The position numbers were made by a program, and so were the translations under genes. Below, piece after piece: positions 11,189 to 21,319 of a stretch of 50,823 bases of DNA. Origin of the DNA: Gemmatimonadota bacterium (GTDB lineage Bacteria > Gemmatimonadota > Gemmatimonadetes > Gemmatimonadales > GWC2-71-9). The number at the start of each line of letters is the position of its first letter. Position 1 is the stretch's first letter. The notes beneath the pieces were generated by a model. The model saw nothing but the letters and a program-made list of their open reading frames with translations. It searched no databases and was not told the DNA's origin. The DNA lies in contig JAEUJI010000323.1 of NCBI GenBank assembly GCA_016794805.1, positions 1 through 50,823 of the forward strand. The letters are read 5' to 3'.

Positions 11189-12604
11189 TCAGAGCATGCC
11201 GCGGCGGCGCCAGGCCTGGAGGCCCAGCACCAGGGCAAACCAGAGGCAGATCCCGCCGAAGACGTAGCTCATCACCGTCGGCAGTCCCACGAACAGCAGC
11301 CCCAGCACCCCGAGCACCGCCACGAACGAGCCGGCCAGCGAGCGGAAGGCGCCGCTCACCAGCTGCCGGGCGGCCAGGACGGTGCGGGCCCGCAGTTCGC
11401 GCCGGCCCCGCTGCTTCGGCGCCGGCGCCGAGCCCGCGAGGCGCTCGAGGCGGCTCGGCATCACGCGGCGGAGGGCGCGGGGGCCGCGGCGGGGCTGGCG
11501 CACGACCTCCGCGCTCCGGGCGATGTCACGCCGGAACTGGTGCTCCATGGCGCGGGCCAGCTCCCGGTCCTCGATCACCACGTCCAGTTCGTAGTTTCCG
11601 ATCAGGCTCGACGCGTTGATGTTGCTGGTGCCCACCCGGGTCCAGCGGCCGTCCGCCACCATCGTCTTGGCATGGATCATGGCCCCGTTCCACTCGAAGA
11701 TCCTGAGTCCCGCGCGCAGGATGTCCCGGTACCCGATGCGGGTGAGGTTCCGCACCATGGGGACGTCGCTGGCACCCGGTACCAGCAGCCGGATGTCCAC
11801 GCCGTCCCGTTCGGCCAGGGCCATGACCTCGAACAGGCGGGGGGGCGGCACCAGGTAGGCATCCACGATCCACAGCCGGCGCCGGCACCCGGCGGCGAGG
11901 TACTCGATCACCCGGTAGGCCCGCTGCTTTCCCGGCTCGCCGATGACGACCCGCACCGCGGCCTCGCCCATGGAAGGCACGTCCGGCACCAGTTCGTCCT
12001 CGGGCAGCGGCGCGCCGGTCCGGTTCCACACCCGCGCGAAGGCCACGTCGAGGGCGTGGGTGGCGGGGCCCTCGATGAGCACCGCGGTGTCGCGCCAGGG
12101 CGGGATCGCGCGGGCCGGATCGCCGGCCCATTCGTCCCCGATGCAGAGCCCGCCCACCACCGAATGGCTGCCATCCGCCACCACCAGCTTGCGATGATCC
12201 CGGGCGATGAACCGGTGCGGCTTGAACAGCGAGGGGGTGCCGAAGCAGCGCACCTCGCAGCCGGCCTGCCGGAGGTAGCGCCAGTAGGCGCCACCGGTGG
12301 CGATCGAGCCGAGCCAGTCGTAGAGCACCCGCACCGGCAGCCCGGCGCGGGCCCGGGCCGCCAGCGCCTCGGCGAAGCGCCAGCCGGTGGCGTCGTCCCG
12401 GATGATGTAGTTCTCGAAGTGGATGAAGCGAGTGGCGCCCTCGATCAGCGCCAGCATGGCGCCGTAGGCGGCGGGACCGTCCTGCAGCAGCGCCACGCGG
12501 TTGCCGGGGATGGGCCGCGCGGCGGCGGCCCGGTCGATCGCCCGCTGGACCACCGGTCGGCCGGAGAGCGGGAGCCGGCCCTGGCGATCCGGGACGACGG
12601 TCAC
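11189..12604 (-). CDS. Phospholipase D family / cardiolipin synthase-like protein
   Basis: Two HKD motifs (HRKLVVAD, HAKTMVAD) and GNRVALLQDG; GTGA overlap with the HDIG gene stop. Confidence 0.9.
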   Translation of the reverse strand: MTVVPDRQGRLPLSGRPVVQRAIDRAAAARPIPGNRVALLQDGPAAYGAMLALIEGATRFIHFENYIIRDDATGWRFAEALAARARAGLPVRVLYDWLGSIATGGAYWRYLRQAGCEVRCFGTPSLFKPHRFIARDHRKLVVADGSHSVVGGLCIGDEWAGDPARAIPPWRDTAVLIEGPATHALDVAFARVWNRTGAPLPEDELVPDVPSMGEAAVRVVIGEPGKQRAYRVIEYLAAGCRRRLWIVDAYLVPPPRLFEVMALAERDGVDIRLLVPGASDVPMVRNLTRIGYRDILRAGLRIFEWNGAMIHAKTMVADGRWTRVGTSNINASSLIGNYELDVVIEDRELARAMEHQFRRDIARSAEVVRQPRRGPRALRRVMPSRLERLAGSAPAPKQRGRRELRARTVLAARQLVSGAFRSLAGSFVAVLGVLGLLFVGLPTVMSYVFGGICLWFALVLGLQAWRRRGML

Positions 12605-13182
12605 CCGGTGCCCAGCCCGAGCTCGCGTTCCACCGGGCGGAGGGCCCCGAGGACGAAGGCGATGTGCTCGTCCAGCGGGACCCCGAGCTCCGCCGCGCCC
12701 TGCACCACGTCGTCCCGGTTCACCCCGCGGGCAAAGGCCTTGTCCTTGAGCTTCTTCTTCACGCTCTGCACCTCGAGGTCGGCGAGGCTCTTCGACGGCC
12801 GCACCAGGGCGCAGGCCACCAGGAAGCCGCACAGCTCATCCACCGCGAACAGGGCGCGGGCGAGCAGCGTGTCGCGCGGCACGCCGGTGTAGCTCGCATG
12901 GCCCAGGATGGCGCGCTGCAGCTCCGCGGGGAAGCCCTGGGCGGCCAGCAGCCGGACCCCTTCCGCCGGGTGCTCCTCGGTGGCGGCATGGGCCTCGTTG
13001 GGGAAGCGCTCGTAGTCGAAATCGTGCAGCAGCCCGACGAGTCCCCACACCTCGGGGTCGGCGCCGTGGCGCGCCGCCAGCGCCCGCATGGCGGCCTCGA
13101 CCGCGTACATGTGGCGGCGAAGCGCCTCCGATCGGGTGTACTCCTGCATCAGCGCCAGGGCGCGGTCCCGGGTCCAGGTCAT
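12601..13182 (-). CDS. HDIG/HD-domain metal-dependent phosphohydrolase
   Basis: LRRHMYAVEAAM, GLLHDFDYE, LFAVDELCGF, KKKLKDKAFARGVNRDD. Confidence 0.88.
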   Translation of the reverse strand: MTWTRDRALALMQEYTRSEALRRHMYAVEAAMRALAARHGADPEVWGLVGLLHDFDYERFPNEAHAATEEHPAEGVRLLAAQGFPAELQRAILGHASYTGVPRDTLLARALFAVDELCGFLVACALVRPSKSLADLEVQSVKKKLKDKAFARGVNRDDVVQGAAELGVPLDEHIAFVLGALRPVERELGLGTG

Positions 13183-13189
13183 GCCATAC

Positions 13190-13226
13190 AATGAACGGCC
13201 CCCCGTCGCCGGTGGCAACGGGGGGC
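13190..13226 (-). terminator. Stem-loop / probable intrinsic terminator after the fadL-lipase pair
   Basis: Minus strand GCCCCCCGTTGCC-ACC-GGCGACGGGGGGC (one G-U pair) followed by CGTTCATT; weak U-tract. Confidence 0.55.
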
Positions 13227-13246
13227 GGTCCAGGCGTCCGGGAACC

Positions 13247-14503
13247 TCAGTTGGGGCAGCTGATGCCGCCGCAGACCGGGACCGGCAGGGTGGTGCCGTA
13301 CTTCAGGTTGATGGCGGACGCCACCGAGTCGGCGATGAGCCGGTGCGCCAGGGTGCTGGGGTGGATCCCGTCCATCGAGAACAGGGTACCGAAGGCGATC
13401 GGGCCCGCCGGGAGCAGGCTCACGTCCGGGAAGGGCAGGATGGCGCCCGGGACGTTGGCCCGCTGGAACGCCAGCGTCGCGTTTGCGTCCACCACCGGCC
13501 AGTCGTTGGCCGCCCCGACCGCCGCGATGTGGGCGTTGTACCCCGCGACGGCGGTCTGCATCGCCGCAATCTCCGCGGCGCTGATGACCTCCGCCGCCAC
13601 CGTGCAGTCGATCGACGAGGGCACACCCTGCAGGGCGGCGCCCAGCTTGGTGAGCGCCACGGGCCAGGGCACGAGCGTGGTGGTCCCGACGCCGAGAGGG
13701 GAGCAGTTGGCGTTGACGGTGAAGGTCGGCACCCCGGCCAGCAGCGGGTTCTGCGGCGGGAAGGGCGGCGGGCAGCCGCCGTTCTTGGCGCAGTAGTAGA
13801 TCGCCGCCAGCGAGGCATACGGGATGATGGTGACGTCGGGGACGTTCACCAGCACGACGCCCCGCGCCCCGGAGCTCGCGAGCACGGTGGCCACGCTGTC
13901 GTACGCGGCATTGAAGGCCGCCGCCGCGGTGATCTGAGTGCTGTCGCCCGCGTTGGTGCTGGAGATGAGGGCGCCCAGCACGTCGTTGGCACCGATCCAG
14001 GCCGTGATGAACGTCGGGTGGAGCTCCGTCAGGTGGTCGAGCTCCGTCCGGCCGCCCAGGAAGATGGTCTTGAGCGGGTCAAACGAGGACGGTGGCGGGC
14101 CGAAGTTGGTGAACAGGTTGGCCACGACGTTGCCCGGGACGGCCACGTTGTTGAACGGCCCGTGGCGCGGGACCCGCAGGTCGCAGGTGGAGGAGGTGCC
14201 GCCACCGACCCGGGCCTGGGTCACGTTGTTGGTGAACGGCGGCGGGCAGCCCCGGCCGGCCAGCTGGGGATAGTTGAAGCTGGTGCCCATGGCCGCGGCC
14301 AGCAGCTGGGCATAGGAGCGGAGCTGGGTGCTGTCGCTGATGCCGCCGGACTGGAAGCCGGCGGTAATGCTGTTGCCGAGCGAGGCGTACCGCTGGAACA
14401 GCGGGTCCACGACCGGGGGGGCGTTGAGCTTCTCGTCGGTGCGGCATCCCGCGAGCACCGGCAGCGCGACGAGCAGGGAGGTAACGAGTCGCTTGATCTG
14501 CAT
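13247..14503 (-). CDS. SGNH/GDSL-family lipolytic lipoprotein
   Basis: Lipobox LAGC; block I YASLGNSITAG, block III IGAND, block V DGIHP. Confidence 0.88.
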   Translation of the reverse strand: MQIKRLVTSLLVALPVLAGCRTDEKLNAPPVVDPLFQRYASLGNSITAGFQSGGISDSTQLRSYAQLLAAAMGTSFNYPQLAGRGCPPPFTNNVTQARVGGGTSSTCDLRVPRHGPFNNVAVPGNVVANLFTNFGPPPSSFDPLKTIFLGGRTELDHLTELHPTFITAWIGANDVLGALISSTNAGDSTQITAAAAFNAAYDSVATVLASSGARGVVLVNVPDVTIIPYASLAAIYYCAKNGGCPPPFPPQNPLLAGVPTFTVNANCSPLGVGTTTLVPWPVALTKLGAALQGVPSSIDCTVAAEVISAAEIAAMQTAVAGYNAHIAAVGAANDWPVVDANATLAFQRANVPGAILPFPDVSLLPAGPIAFGTLFSMDGIHPSTLAHRLIADSVASAINLKYGTTLPVPVCGGISCPN

Positions 14504-14521
14504 GGTCTGGCTCCGGGAGCG

Positions 14522-15889
14522 TCAGAAGGTGTACGTCAGGGTCGCGCCGAACAGGTGCGCCTTGAACTCGAAGAGCCCGTTGTCCGGCTGCCCGAACTCG
14601 ACGGTGCGGCCGCGGCGGTTCTGCTGGTTGATGTACTGGTACGCGGCGTCCACGTGCAGCTTGCTGCCCAGTCGGGTGCCGAAGCCGATGGTGAACTCGG
14701 AACGCTTCCCTTCCGGCAGGTTCGGCGTCACGGACCCCTGGGGCAGCGCGGCGTCATGGAAGAGGTACCCGCCCCGGATGGACGTGGTGGGGCTGATCTC
14801 GTACTCCGCGCCATAGCGCCAGGCGGTGGTGCCGCCGGCATCCTCGACCAGGTTGGACTGGGGCAGCAGGTCGGTGATGATGGCGACGGTGTCAAACACC
14901 TTCCAGTTGGTGTAGGTCACATCGAACAGCAGGCGCAGCTTGTCGATGGGGCGCACACTGACGCCCGCGGTCAGCTGCTCCGGCATGCGGAGCGCGGTGC
15001 GGCCCCCCTGATCCTGCAGCGGCCCGGCGCCACGGAACTGCGGCGCCAGGATGCTGTCGAGCGGGGTGCCGGTGGGCGCGCCGAGCGGATTGTTCCGCGG
15101 CAGCGCGATCCCGGTGAAGACCTGGTCGATCTTCGCCTCGGCGCCCTCCACCTCGACCTTCTGCCGCGACAGGTACCGCACCCCGAAGCTCAGCCGGTCG
15201 GTGGGCTCGAAGATCATCCCCACGTGATACCCGACCCCGGTGCCGTTCCCGCTCAGCTTCACGTCGGCGATGTCGGTCCCGACCGGGAACCCGAGCATGC
15301 CGAAGGTCACCCCCGGCGCCGCGAACTGGGTGGAGAGATCCACCCGCCGTTCCAGTTTCAGGAACAGCAGGTTGATGTCCAGGCCGGCGCCCACCTTCAC
15401 CATCTTGTGAAGCTGGTAGCCCAAGGTGGGCTGGACGTAAATCGCGCGGATCGTGCTGTGGTAGCCGAGGAAGCGGACCTGGGAATTTTCCGGCCACTCG
15501 GTGGTCAACCCGTAGGGCGCGAAGGCGCCGATGCCGACGCTCAGCTTGTCGGTCAGGCCACCGATGGCATACAACGCGGGGACCGGGATCACCTTGTCCT
15601 TCAGGTCGGTGCCCAGGCCGGTGGCATCGTCCGTGAACCCGCCGCTCGGGGCGATCGCCGTCACGCCCGCGGAAATGGTCCAGACACCCTTCTTCGTGCC
15701 GGCGATGCCGGCCGGGTTGTAGAAGAGGGCGGAGCCGTCCGCGCAGGGCGCGGCCACCGCGGTTCCCGCGCGGCCCATCGCGCAGGACCCATGCTCATTG
15801 ACGCTGTATCCCTGCGCCCTCAGCCCTGCCGGTGCGCCCGAAAGGGCGACCAGCCCGCTGACGGCGAGCCAGACCGGAAACCGCCGCAT
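14522..15889 (-). CDS. FadL/OmpP1-family outer membrane long-chain fatty acid/hydrophobic substrate transporter
   Basis: Signal peptide, AMGRAG, hatch motif FYNPAG, APYGL, C-terminal YTF. Confidence 0.9.
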   Translation of the reverse strand: MRRFPVWLAVSGLVALSGAPAGLRAQGYSVNEHGSCAMGRAGTAVAAPCADGSALFYNPAGIAGTKKGVWTISAGVTAIAPSGGFTDDATGLGTDLKDKVIPVPALYAIGGLTDKLSVGIGAFAPYGLTTEWPENSQVRFLGYHSTIRAIYVQPTLGYQLHKMVKVGAGLDINLLFLKLERRVDLSTQFAAPGVTFGMLGFPVGTDIADVKLSGNGTGVGYHVGMIFEPTDRLSFGVRYLSRQKVEVEGAEAKIDQVFTGIALPRNNPLGAPTGTPLDSILAPQFRGAGPLQDQGGRTALRMPEQLTAGVSVRPIDKLRLLFDVTYTNWKVFDTVAIITDLLPQSNLVEDAGGTTAWRYGAEYEISPTTSIRGGYLFHDAALPQGSVTPNLPEGKRSEFTIGFGTRLGSKLHVDAAYQYINQQNRRGRTVEFGQPDNGLFEFKAHLFGATLTYTF

Positions 15890-15942
15890 AGAGTATCTCC
15901 GATAAGGATAGACTGCGGTTGAGGAGAAACGGGGTGGTGCGG

Positions 15943-15959
15943 AGACTGGTAGTCAGTCT
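15943..15959. promoter_or_regulatory. Palindromic operator AGACTG-N5-CAGTCT overlapping the -10 and expected TSS of fadL
   Basis: Perfect 6-bp inverted repeat in repressor geometry. Confidence 0.55.
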
Positions 15960-15983
15960 AGGGCCCGGTCACAACTTTGTCAA
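15955..15983 (-). promoter_or_regulatory. sigma70 promoter of the fadL-lipase operon
   Basis: Minus strand TTGACA (15983-15978), 17 nt spacer, TAGACT (15960-15955). Confidence 0.8.
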
Positions 15984-16058
15984 AAGGATACGCGACTGTC
16001 CGGCATGGGGTTGGGCCGGGGCCGGACGGGGGGCTCACCGGCGGCTGGAGCCGCCGGG

Positions 16059-16481
16059 TCAGTGCAGGGTGGGGTGCTCCCCGGCCGGGCCGGGAATCTG
16101 CCCCGCCGACAGCGGCACCCGGTATTGCTCGGCCCCGTCCAGCACGATCTCGAAGGCGTAGTGCCCCGGCGCGGGCAGGGGCAGGTCGAAGACCAGCACC
16201 GCCCCCGCCTCCACGTCGGTGACCCCTGCCGGAGGCTCGCCGAAGTTCACCGCGCCCTCGCCTTCGACCAGCCGGTTGCCGGCCTCATCCACGAACCGGA
16301 TCCGGATGCTGTGGCTCCCGATTTCGGTGCGCCGCCCCCGCACCCGGAGCACCAGGTGGGCCCGGGTGTGGACCGTGGGGAACTGCTGCACCCAGATGTG
16401 CTGGAACAGCCCCAGCACCGAGAGCTTGCCCTGCTGGTCGATCAGGGCGTAGTCGGCCAGCACCGCGAAGTCGAGCTGCAG
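16059..16481 (-). CDS. DUF6941-like hypothetical protein (probable CTG start)
   Basis: (M)QLDFAVLADYALIDQQGKLSVLGLF...PAPGHYAFEIVLDG pattern; no in-frame ATG/GTG/TTG near the family-like N-terminus. Confidence 0.75.
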   Translation of the reverse strand: MQLDFAVLADYALIDQQGKLSVLGLFQHIWVQQFPTVHTRAHLVLRVRGRRTEIGSHSIRIRFVDEAGNRLVEGEGAVNFGEPPAGVTDVEAGAVLVFDLPLPAPGHYAFEIVLDGAEQYRVPLSAGQIPGPAGEHPTLH

Positions 16482-16483
16482 GG

Positions 16484-16930
16484 TCAGCTCACCCGGATCG
16501 AGGTGATCTCGTCGTTCTTCCGGATCGCGTTCACGATGTCCATCCCGCTGGTGACCTGGCCGAACACCGTGTGAACCCCGTCCAGGTGGGGTTGCGGGGC
16601 GTGGCAGATGAAGAACTGGCTGCCGCCGGTGTCCTTCCCCGCGTGCGCCATCGAGAGGCTCCCCGCCGCGTGCTTGTGGACGTTGCGGTGGGTCTCGCAC
16701 TTGATCTTGTAGCCGGGGCCGCCGGTGCCGGCGCGGGGATCGTTCGGGTCCCGGGAGTTGGGGCAGCCCCCCTGGATCATGAAGTTGTTGATCACGCGGT
16801 GGAAGCGCAGCCCGTCGTAGAACTTCTCATTGGCCAGCTTCTCGAAGTTCTCGACGGTCTTGGGGGTCTCCTCGTCGAACAGCTCCGCGACGATGCGGCC
16901 CCGGCTGGTTTCGATGGTGGCGGTCTTCAT
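16484..16930 (-). CDS. Cyclophilin-type peptidyl-prolyl cis-trans isomerase
   Basis: [49 protein letters not shown]; start [11 protein letters not shown]. Confidence 0.95.
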   Translation of the reverse strand: MKTATIETSRGRIVAELFDEETPKTVENFEKLANEKFYDGLRFHRVINNFMIQGGCPNSRDPNDPRAGTGGPGYKIKCETHRNVHKHAAGSLSMAHAGKDTGGSQFFICHAPQPHLDGVHTVFGQVTSGMDIVNAIRKNDEITSIRVS

Positions 16931-17006
16931 GGTCGTCCGCGGATTCGGGAGTCGGAAGTGGGCGTAAGGGCGCCACAAGTAAGCCGCCCGGCCGCCTTCC
17001 CTCAAT

Positions 17007-17039
17007 CCCCCGGGGGCCCCACGGTCTGGCCCCCGGAGG
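17007..17039 (-). terminator. GC-rich stem-loop directly after the yyaL-like stop
   Basis: Minus strand CCTCCGGGGGCC...GGCCCCCGGGGG; no U-tract. Confidence 0.4.
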
Positions 17040-19136
17040 TCACCCCTCGCAGCCGTCCGCCGGGCCCGCCACAAGCTCCGCCAGCCGCGCCTGCCAGTCC
17101 GCGGGATCCTCCGCCGGAAGCTGGCACGACGCGCCAACGCAGAGGAAGCCGCGGGTGACGCTCCCATCCCCGAGCATGCCGCGGATGGCGGGGGCAAGGG
17201 TGGCCCCGGCCCGGTCCGCCGCCCGCACCAGGCGGACGACCCGGCGCGGCAGAAAGGTGCGGCGCGCGGCCCGGTGCATCGTCTCGGCCCGCGCGGCGCT
17301 ATCCGGCTCCCCGCCTTCCACGATTACCAGGTGCGTCGCCGGGTGCACCGCCCAGTCCAGGGCGGCGAGCAGCGCCGATCCGAAGATGCCGAGGCCGCTG
17401 GCCGCCCCGGCGAACGCCCGGAGCAGCGCGTCACGGCGGGCATACCACTCCGGGCCCTGAGTGTGCTCCGCGAGCCGTGCGAGGCAGAGCGCCGCGATGC
17501 CGTTGGGCGATGGGGTCGGCGCATCCTGGATGGGCTTGGCGCGCGCGGGCAGCAGGCCCGGCCCCTCACGGCTGGCGGTGTCGAACAGCCCTCCCGCCAC
17601 CGGGTCGAGGTAGTCGGCCCAGACCCGCTCCATGATGCCCGCGCTCCACTCGAGCCAGGCGGGCTCGCCCGTCGCTTCGAAGGCCTCGATCGCCGCCAGG
17701 GCCACCTGGACCTGATCGTCCAGCAGGCCGCCAACACCCCCGGGCAGGTGGGCCAGCGCATGCGGGTCCCGCTGCTCCCGCCGGATCCGCTCGAGAGTGC
17801 GGAGCCCCTGTGCCGCTGCCCAGGGCTCCTCCAGCGCCACCGCGGCCGGGATCAGCGCCCCGGCCAGCATCCCGTTCCACGCCGTGTACCGGTTCCGGTC
17901 AATGAAGGGCGCGGTCCGGCCGGCTCGCGCGGCGCGGAGCCGGTCTTCGGCCAGGTGCAGCCGTCGGGCGGCCTCGGCCGGTGTGATGCCGAGCCGGGCG
18001 GCGATGGCCGGCAGCGGCTCGGTCACGTGCAGCACGTTTTTGCCAGGGTTGTGGTGCATCTCCCCGGCCGTGCCGATGTCGTACCAGGCCGCCGCGACCG
18101 CAAGCAGGTCCTCATCCCCGATGGCGTCCCGGGCTTCGTCGAGGGTCCAGGTGAAGTAATCGCCATCATCGTGCAGCCCCACGTCCGCGTCCTGGCTGGC
18201 GCCGAATCCCCCGGCCTCATCCGCCAGGACCTCCCGCAGCCAGCGGACGATGCCACGCCCGGTCACCGCGAACTCCGGATCCCCCAGCGCCAGGAAGCCA
18301 TCCACATAGGCCCGCAGCAGCTCGGCATTGTCGTAGGACATCTTCTCGAAGTGGGGCACCACCCAGCGGGCGTCCACCGAATAGCGATGGAATCCCCCCG
18401 CCAGGTGGTCGTGGATGCCACCCCGGAGCATCGCCGCGAGGGTGTGGGCCGCCATGTCCCGGGCGGCACCGCTCCCGGTGTCCCGCCAGCGGGTCAGCAG
18501 CAGGCGCACGGCGCCGGGGTGGGGGAACTTGGGCTGGGTGCCGAACCCGCCGTTGACCGGGTCGAAGAGCCGGGCCATCGCGGTCTCCGCCTCGGCCAGG
18601 TGAGATGCGGTGGGCTCGCCAGGCGCCGCCTCGTCGAGATGTTCCTCCAGTACCCGGCGCAGCGTGCCCGCCTGCTGGGCCACCCGGTCGCGCTGGGTCC
18701 GGTAGAGGTTGAGGATCTGGGTCAGCACCGCGCGGAAGCCGGGCCGGCCATACTTGCCGTCCGGCGGGAAGTAGGTCCCGCCGTAGAACACCTCGCCGTC
18801 CGGGGTCAGGAAGGCCGTCAGCGGCCACCCTCCCTGACCGGTGATGGCCTGCACCGCGCGCTGATAGCGCGTGTCCACGTCGGGCCGTTCGTCCCGGTCC
18901 ACCTTCACGCACACGAAGTTGTCGTTGAGGAGCTCGGCCAGGGCCGGGTCCTCGTACGACTCGCCATCCATCACGTGGCACCAGTGGCACCAGACCGCGC
19001 CGATGTCGAGCAGCACCGGCCGGTCCTCCGCCGCGGCGCGGGCGAACGCCTCCGCGCCCCACGGGAACCAGTGGATCGGCTGGTGGGCCGCGGACTGCAT
19101 GTAGTCGGAGGGGGACCCGCCGAGACGGTTGGTCAT
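17040..19136 (-). CDS. Thioredoxin domain-containing protein, YyaL/SSP411 (DUF255) family
   Basis: [43 protein letters not shown]. Confidence 0.93.
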   Translation of the reverse strand: MTNRLGGSPSDYMQSAAHQPIHWFPWGAEAFARAAAEDRPVLLDIGAVWCHWCHVMDGESYEDPALAELLNDNFVCVKVDRDERPDVDTRYQRAVQAITGQGGWPLTAFLTPDGEVFYGGTYFPPDGKYGRPGFRAVLTQILNLYRTQRDRVAQQAGTLRRVLEEHLDEAAPGEPTASHLAEAETAMARLFDPVNGGFGTQPKFPHPGAVRLLLTRWRDTGSGAARDMAAHTLAAMLRGGIHDHLAGGFHRYSVDARWVVPHFEKMSYDNAELLRAYVDGFLALGDPEFAVTGRGIVRWLREVLADEAGGFGASQDADVGLHDDGDYFTWTLDEARDAIGDEDLLAVAAAWYDIGTAGEMHHNPGKNVLHVTEPLPAIAARLGITPAEAARRLHLAEDRLRAARAGRTAPFIDRNRYTAWNGMLAGALIPAAVALEEPWAAAQGLRTLERIRREQRDPHALAHLPGGVGGLLDDQVQVALAAIEAFEATGEPAWLEWSAGIMERVWADYLDPVAGGLFDTASREGPGLLPARAKPIQDAPTPSPNGIAALCLARLAEHTQGPEWYARRDALLRAFAGAASGLGIFGSALLAALDWAVHPATHLVIVEGGEPDSAARAETMHRAARRTFLPRRVVRLVRAADRAGATLAPAIRGMLGDGSVTRGFLCVGASCQLPAEDPADWQARLAELVAGPADGCEG

Positions 19137-19293
19137 GCAGGCAAGGTAGGCGAGCGCCAGCGCATCCGCGCGGCGGGTCGTTCCGGTCCGCGGGGGCCCG
19201 TCGGGTTCCCAGCGTCGGGTCGAAACCCCGCCCCGGCGTCTCCCCGTAGGTCGGTCACCCCGCCTGCACTACCCCGGACCATGGAGGACAGTC

Positions 19294-19812
19294 ATGCCAC
19301 GCGTTCCACGTTGGGTCGTATTCGCCGGTGTCGCCGTCCTCGCGCCGCTCGCCGTCGAGGCGCAGGGCGCAACTCCACCGACCGGCTGCACCGCTGCCGA
19401 GCATCGCCAGTTCGACTTCTGGCTGGGGCGCTGGGATGTGACCGTGTCCGGACAGGCCGCCGGCACCAACGAGATCACGCTGGAGGAGGATGGCTGCGTG
19501 CTGCACGAGCACTGGGTTGGCTCGAAGGGCGGGACCGGGCAGAGCTTCAACTGGTACGACCGGGCAGCCGGGCGCTGGCACCAGGTGTGGGTGGACAACC
19601 AGGGCACCGGGCTGCAGCTCGCGGGGACGTACGCCGATGGCAGGCTTACCCTGACGGGAACCGCGCCGGGCCCCGGCGGTGTGCCCCAGCCGCAGCGGCT
19701 CACCTTCTTCAAGAATCCGGACGGCACGGTGCGCCAGCTCTGGGAATCCTCGGCCGACGGCGGGGCCACCTGGCAGGCGGTGTTCGACGGGCTGTATCGC
19801 AGGAAATCGTGA
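19294..19812 (+). CDS. Secreted hypothetical protein (DUF1579-like beta-barrel)
   Basis: GGAGG RBS, signal peptide, CTAAEHRQFDFWLGRWDV, VRQLWESSADGGATW. Confidence 0.75.
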   Translation: MPRVPRWVVFAGVAVLAPLAVEAQGATPPTGCTAAEHRQFDFWLGRWDVTVSGQAAGTNEITLEEDGCVLHEHWVGSKGGTGQSFNWYDRAAGRWHQVWVDNQGTGLQLAGTYADGRLTLTGTAPGPGGVPQPQRLTFFKNPDGTVRQLWESSADGGATWQAVFDGLYRRKS

Positions 19813-19830
19813 GGCGCCGCCGCCTCCGGC

Positions 19831-21207
19831 TCACTCCAGCGGCGCGAAGCGCGCGGTGAAGTGCCGCAGGTATGGTGCCTGCTCCACGAAACGGTAGCCC
19901 CGTACGGCCGCGCGCCGGGCGTGGACATTGAGGATCGCCTCGACCACGTAGTCGATGTGGCTCTGGGTGTACACCCGGCGCGGGATCGCCAGCCGGACCA
20001 GTTCCATGGACGCGGTGGACTCGGCGCCGGTCGCCGGATCCCGCCGCCCGAACATCACCGTCCCGATCTCGACCGCCCGGATGCCGGCCTCCCGGTAGAG
20101 TTCCACCACCAGCGCCTGGCCCGGCAGTTCCGCCGGCGGAATGTGGGGGAAGAGCGCCGCGGCGTCGATGTAGACGGCGTGCCCTCCCGGCGGCTGGACG
20201 ATCGGCACGCCCTGCTCCGCGATGTGCCGGCCGAGATACGTCGTGGAGGTGATCCGGTAGAGCAGGTAGTCCTCGGCCAGCGCCTCGTGCAGCCCCACCG
20301 CGATCGCCTCGAGGTCGCGTCCCGCCAGTCCGCCGTAGGTGGGGAAGCCCTCGGTGAGGATCAGCAGGTTCCGCTCCTGCTGGGCTACTCCGGCGTCATT
20401 GCTCGCGATGAACCCGCCGATGTTGGCCAGCCCATCCTTCTTGGCGGACATGGTGGCGCCGTCGGCGTGGGAAAACATCTCCCGCGCGATCTCCAGCGGG
20501 GCGCGCGCAGCGTAGCCCGGTTCCCGCAGCTTGATGAAGTAGGCGTTCTCCGCGAAGCGGCAGGCGTCAATGTAGAGCGGAATGCCGTGGGCCCGGCACA
20601 GCGCGGACACTTCCCGGATGTTGGCCATCGACACCGGCTGCCCGCCGCCGGAGTTGTTGGTGACGGTGAGCATGCAGAGCGGAATCCGCTCCCGCCCGAC
20701 CTCCGCGATCAGCCGGGCCAGCGCCCCCACGTCCATGTTGCCCTTGAACGGGTGCACCGCCTGCGGCTGGCGCCCCTCCGGAATGACCAGGTCCACCGCG
20801 CGGGCGCCGGTGAACTCCACGTTGGCGCGCGTGGTGTCGAAGTGCGTGTTGCTTGGCACCACGTCCTCCGCCTTGCACATGACGGAGAACAGGATCCGCT
20901 CGGCGGCCCGCCCCTGGTGCGTGGGGAACACGTACTTGAAGCCGAAGATGTCCTGGATGGCCCGCTCGAACCGGTAGAAGGACGGACTCCCGGCATAGGA
21001 CTCATCCCCCCGCATCATCGCGGCCCACTGTTCGCTCGACATGGCCGAGGTCCCGCTGTCCGTCAGCAGGTCGATCAGCACGTCCTCGGAGTGCAGCTGG
21101 AACACGTTGTAGGCCGCCTGCCGCAGGCGCTGCTCGCGTTCGTCCCGGGTGGTCATCCGGATCGGTTCCACCGACTTGATCCGGAACGGCTCGATGATGG
21201 TCTGCAT
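19831..21207 (-). CDS. tnaA: Tryptophanase (PLP-dependent beta-eliminating lyase)
   Basis: IDLLTDSGT, HQGRAAE, PLP lysine MSAKKD. Residues HFDTT, VEIG and LRHFTA match tryptophanase rather than tyrosine phenol-lyase (YFTTT, MERG, LRFFTA). Confidence 0.9.
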   Translation of the reverse strand: MQTIIEPFRIKSVEPIRMTTRDEREQRLRQAAYNVFQLHSEDVLIDLLTDSGTSAMSSEQWAAMMRGDESYAGSPSFYRFERAIQDIFGFKYVFPTHQGRAAERILFSVMCKAEDVVPSNTHFDTTRANVEFTGARAVDLVIPEGRQPQAVHPFKGNMDVGALARLIAEVGRERIPLCMLTVTNNSGGGQPVSMANIREVSALCRAHGIPLYIDACRFAENAYFIKLREPGYAARAPLEIAREMFSHADGATMSAKKDGLANIGGFIASNDAGVAQQERNLLILTEGFPTYGGLAGRDLEAIAVGLHEALAEDYLLYRITSTTYLGRHIAEQGVPIVQPPGGHAVYIDAAALFPHIPPAELPGQALVVELYREAGIRAVEIGTVMFGRRDPATGAESTASMELVRLAIPRRVYTQSHIDYVVEAILNVHARRAAVRGYRFVEQAPYLRHFTARFAPLE

Positions 21208-21319
21208 GATGACTCGTGCGCGCGTGGGAGGAAGGCCAGGGGGCTGAAATATGGAGTGTCGCCCCCGACTCCGGCATATTCCGCCTCCGTGATCCCCCGA
21301 TCCGAGCCCCGGACCCGCC

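Noticed and set aside
13088-15922. Very long antisense ORFs (944 aa here; also 17274-19859, 25545-27944, 30172-32088, 41549-43849)
   Set aside because: Expected stop-poor shadow frames of high-GC3 genes; R/G/H/V-rich with no motifs.
21208-21290. Possible tnaC-like leader peptide
   Set aside because: The upstream ATG frame has no stop before tnaA and lacks the W-x-x-x-D...P-stop pattern.
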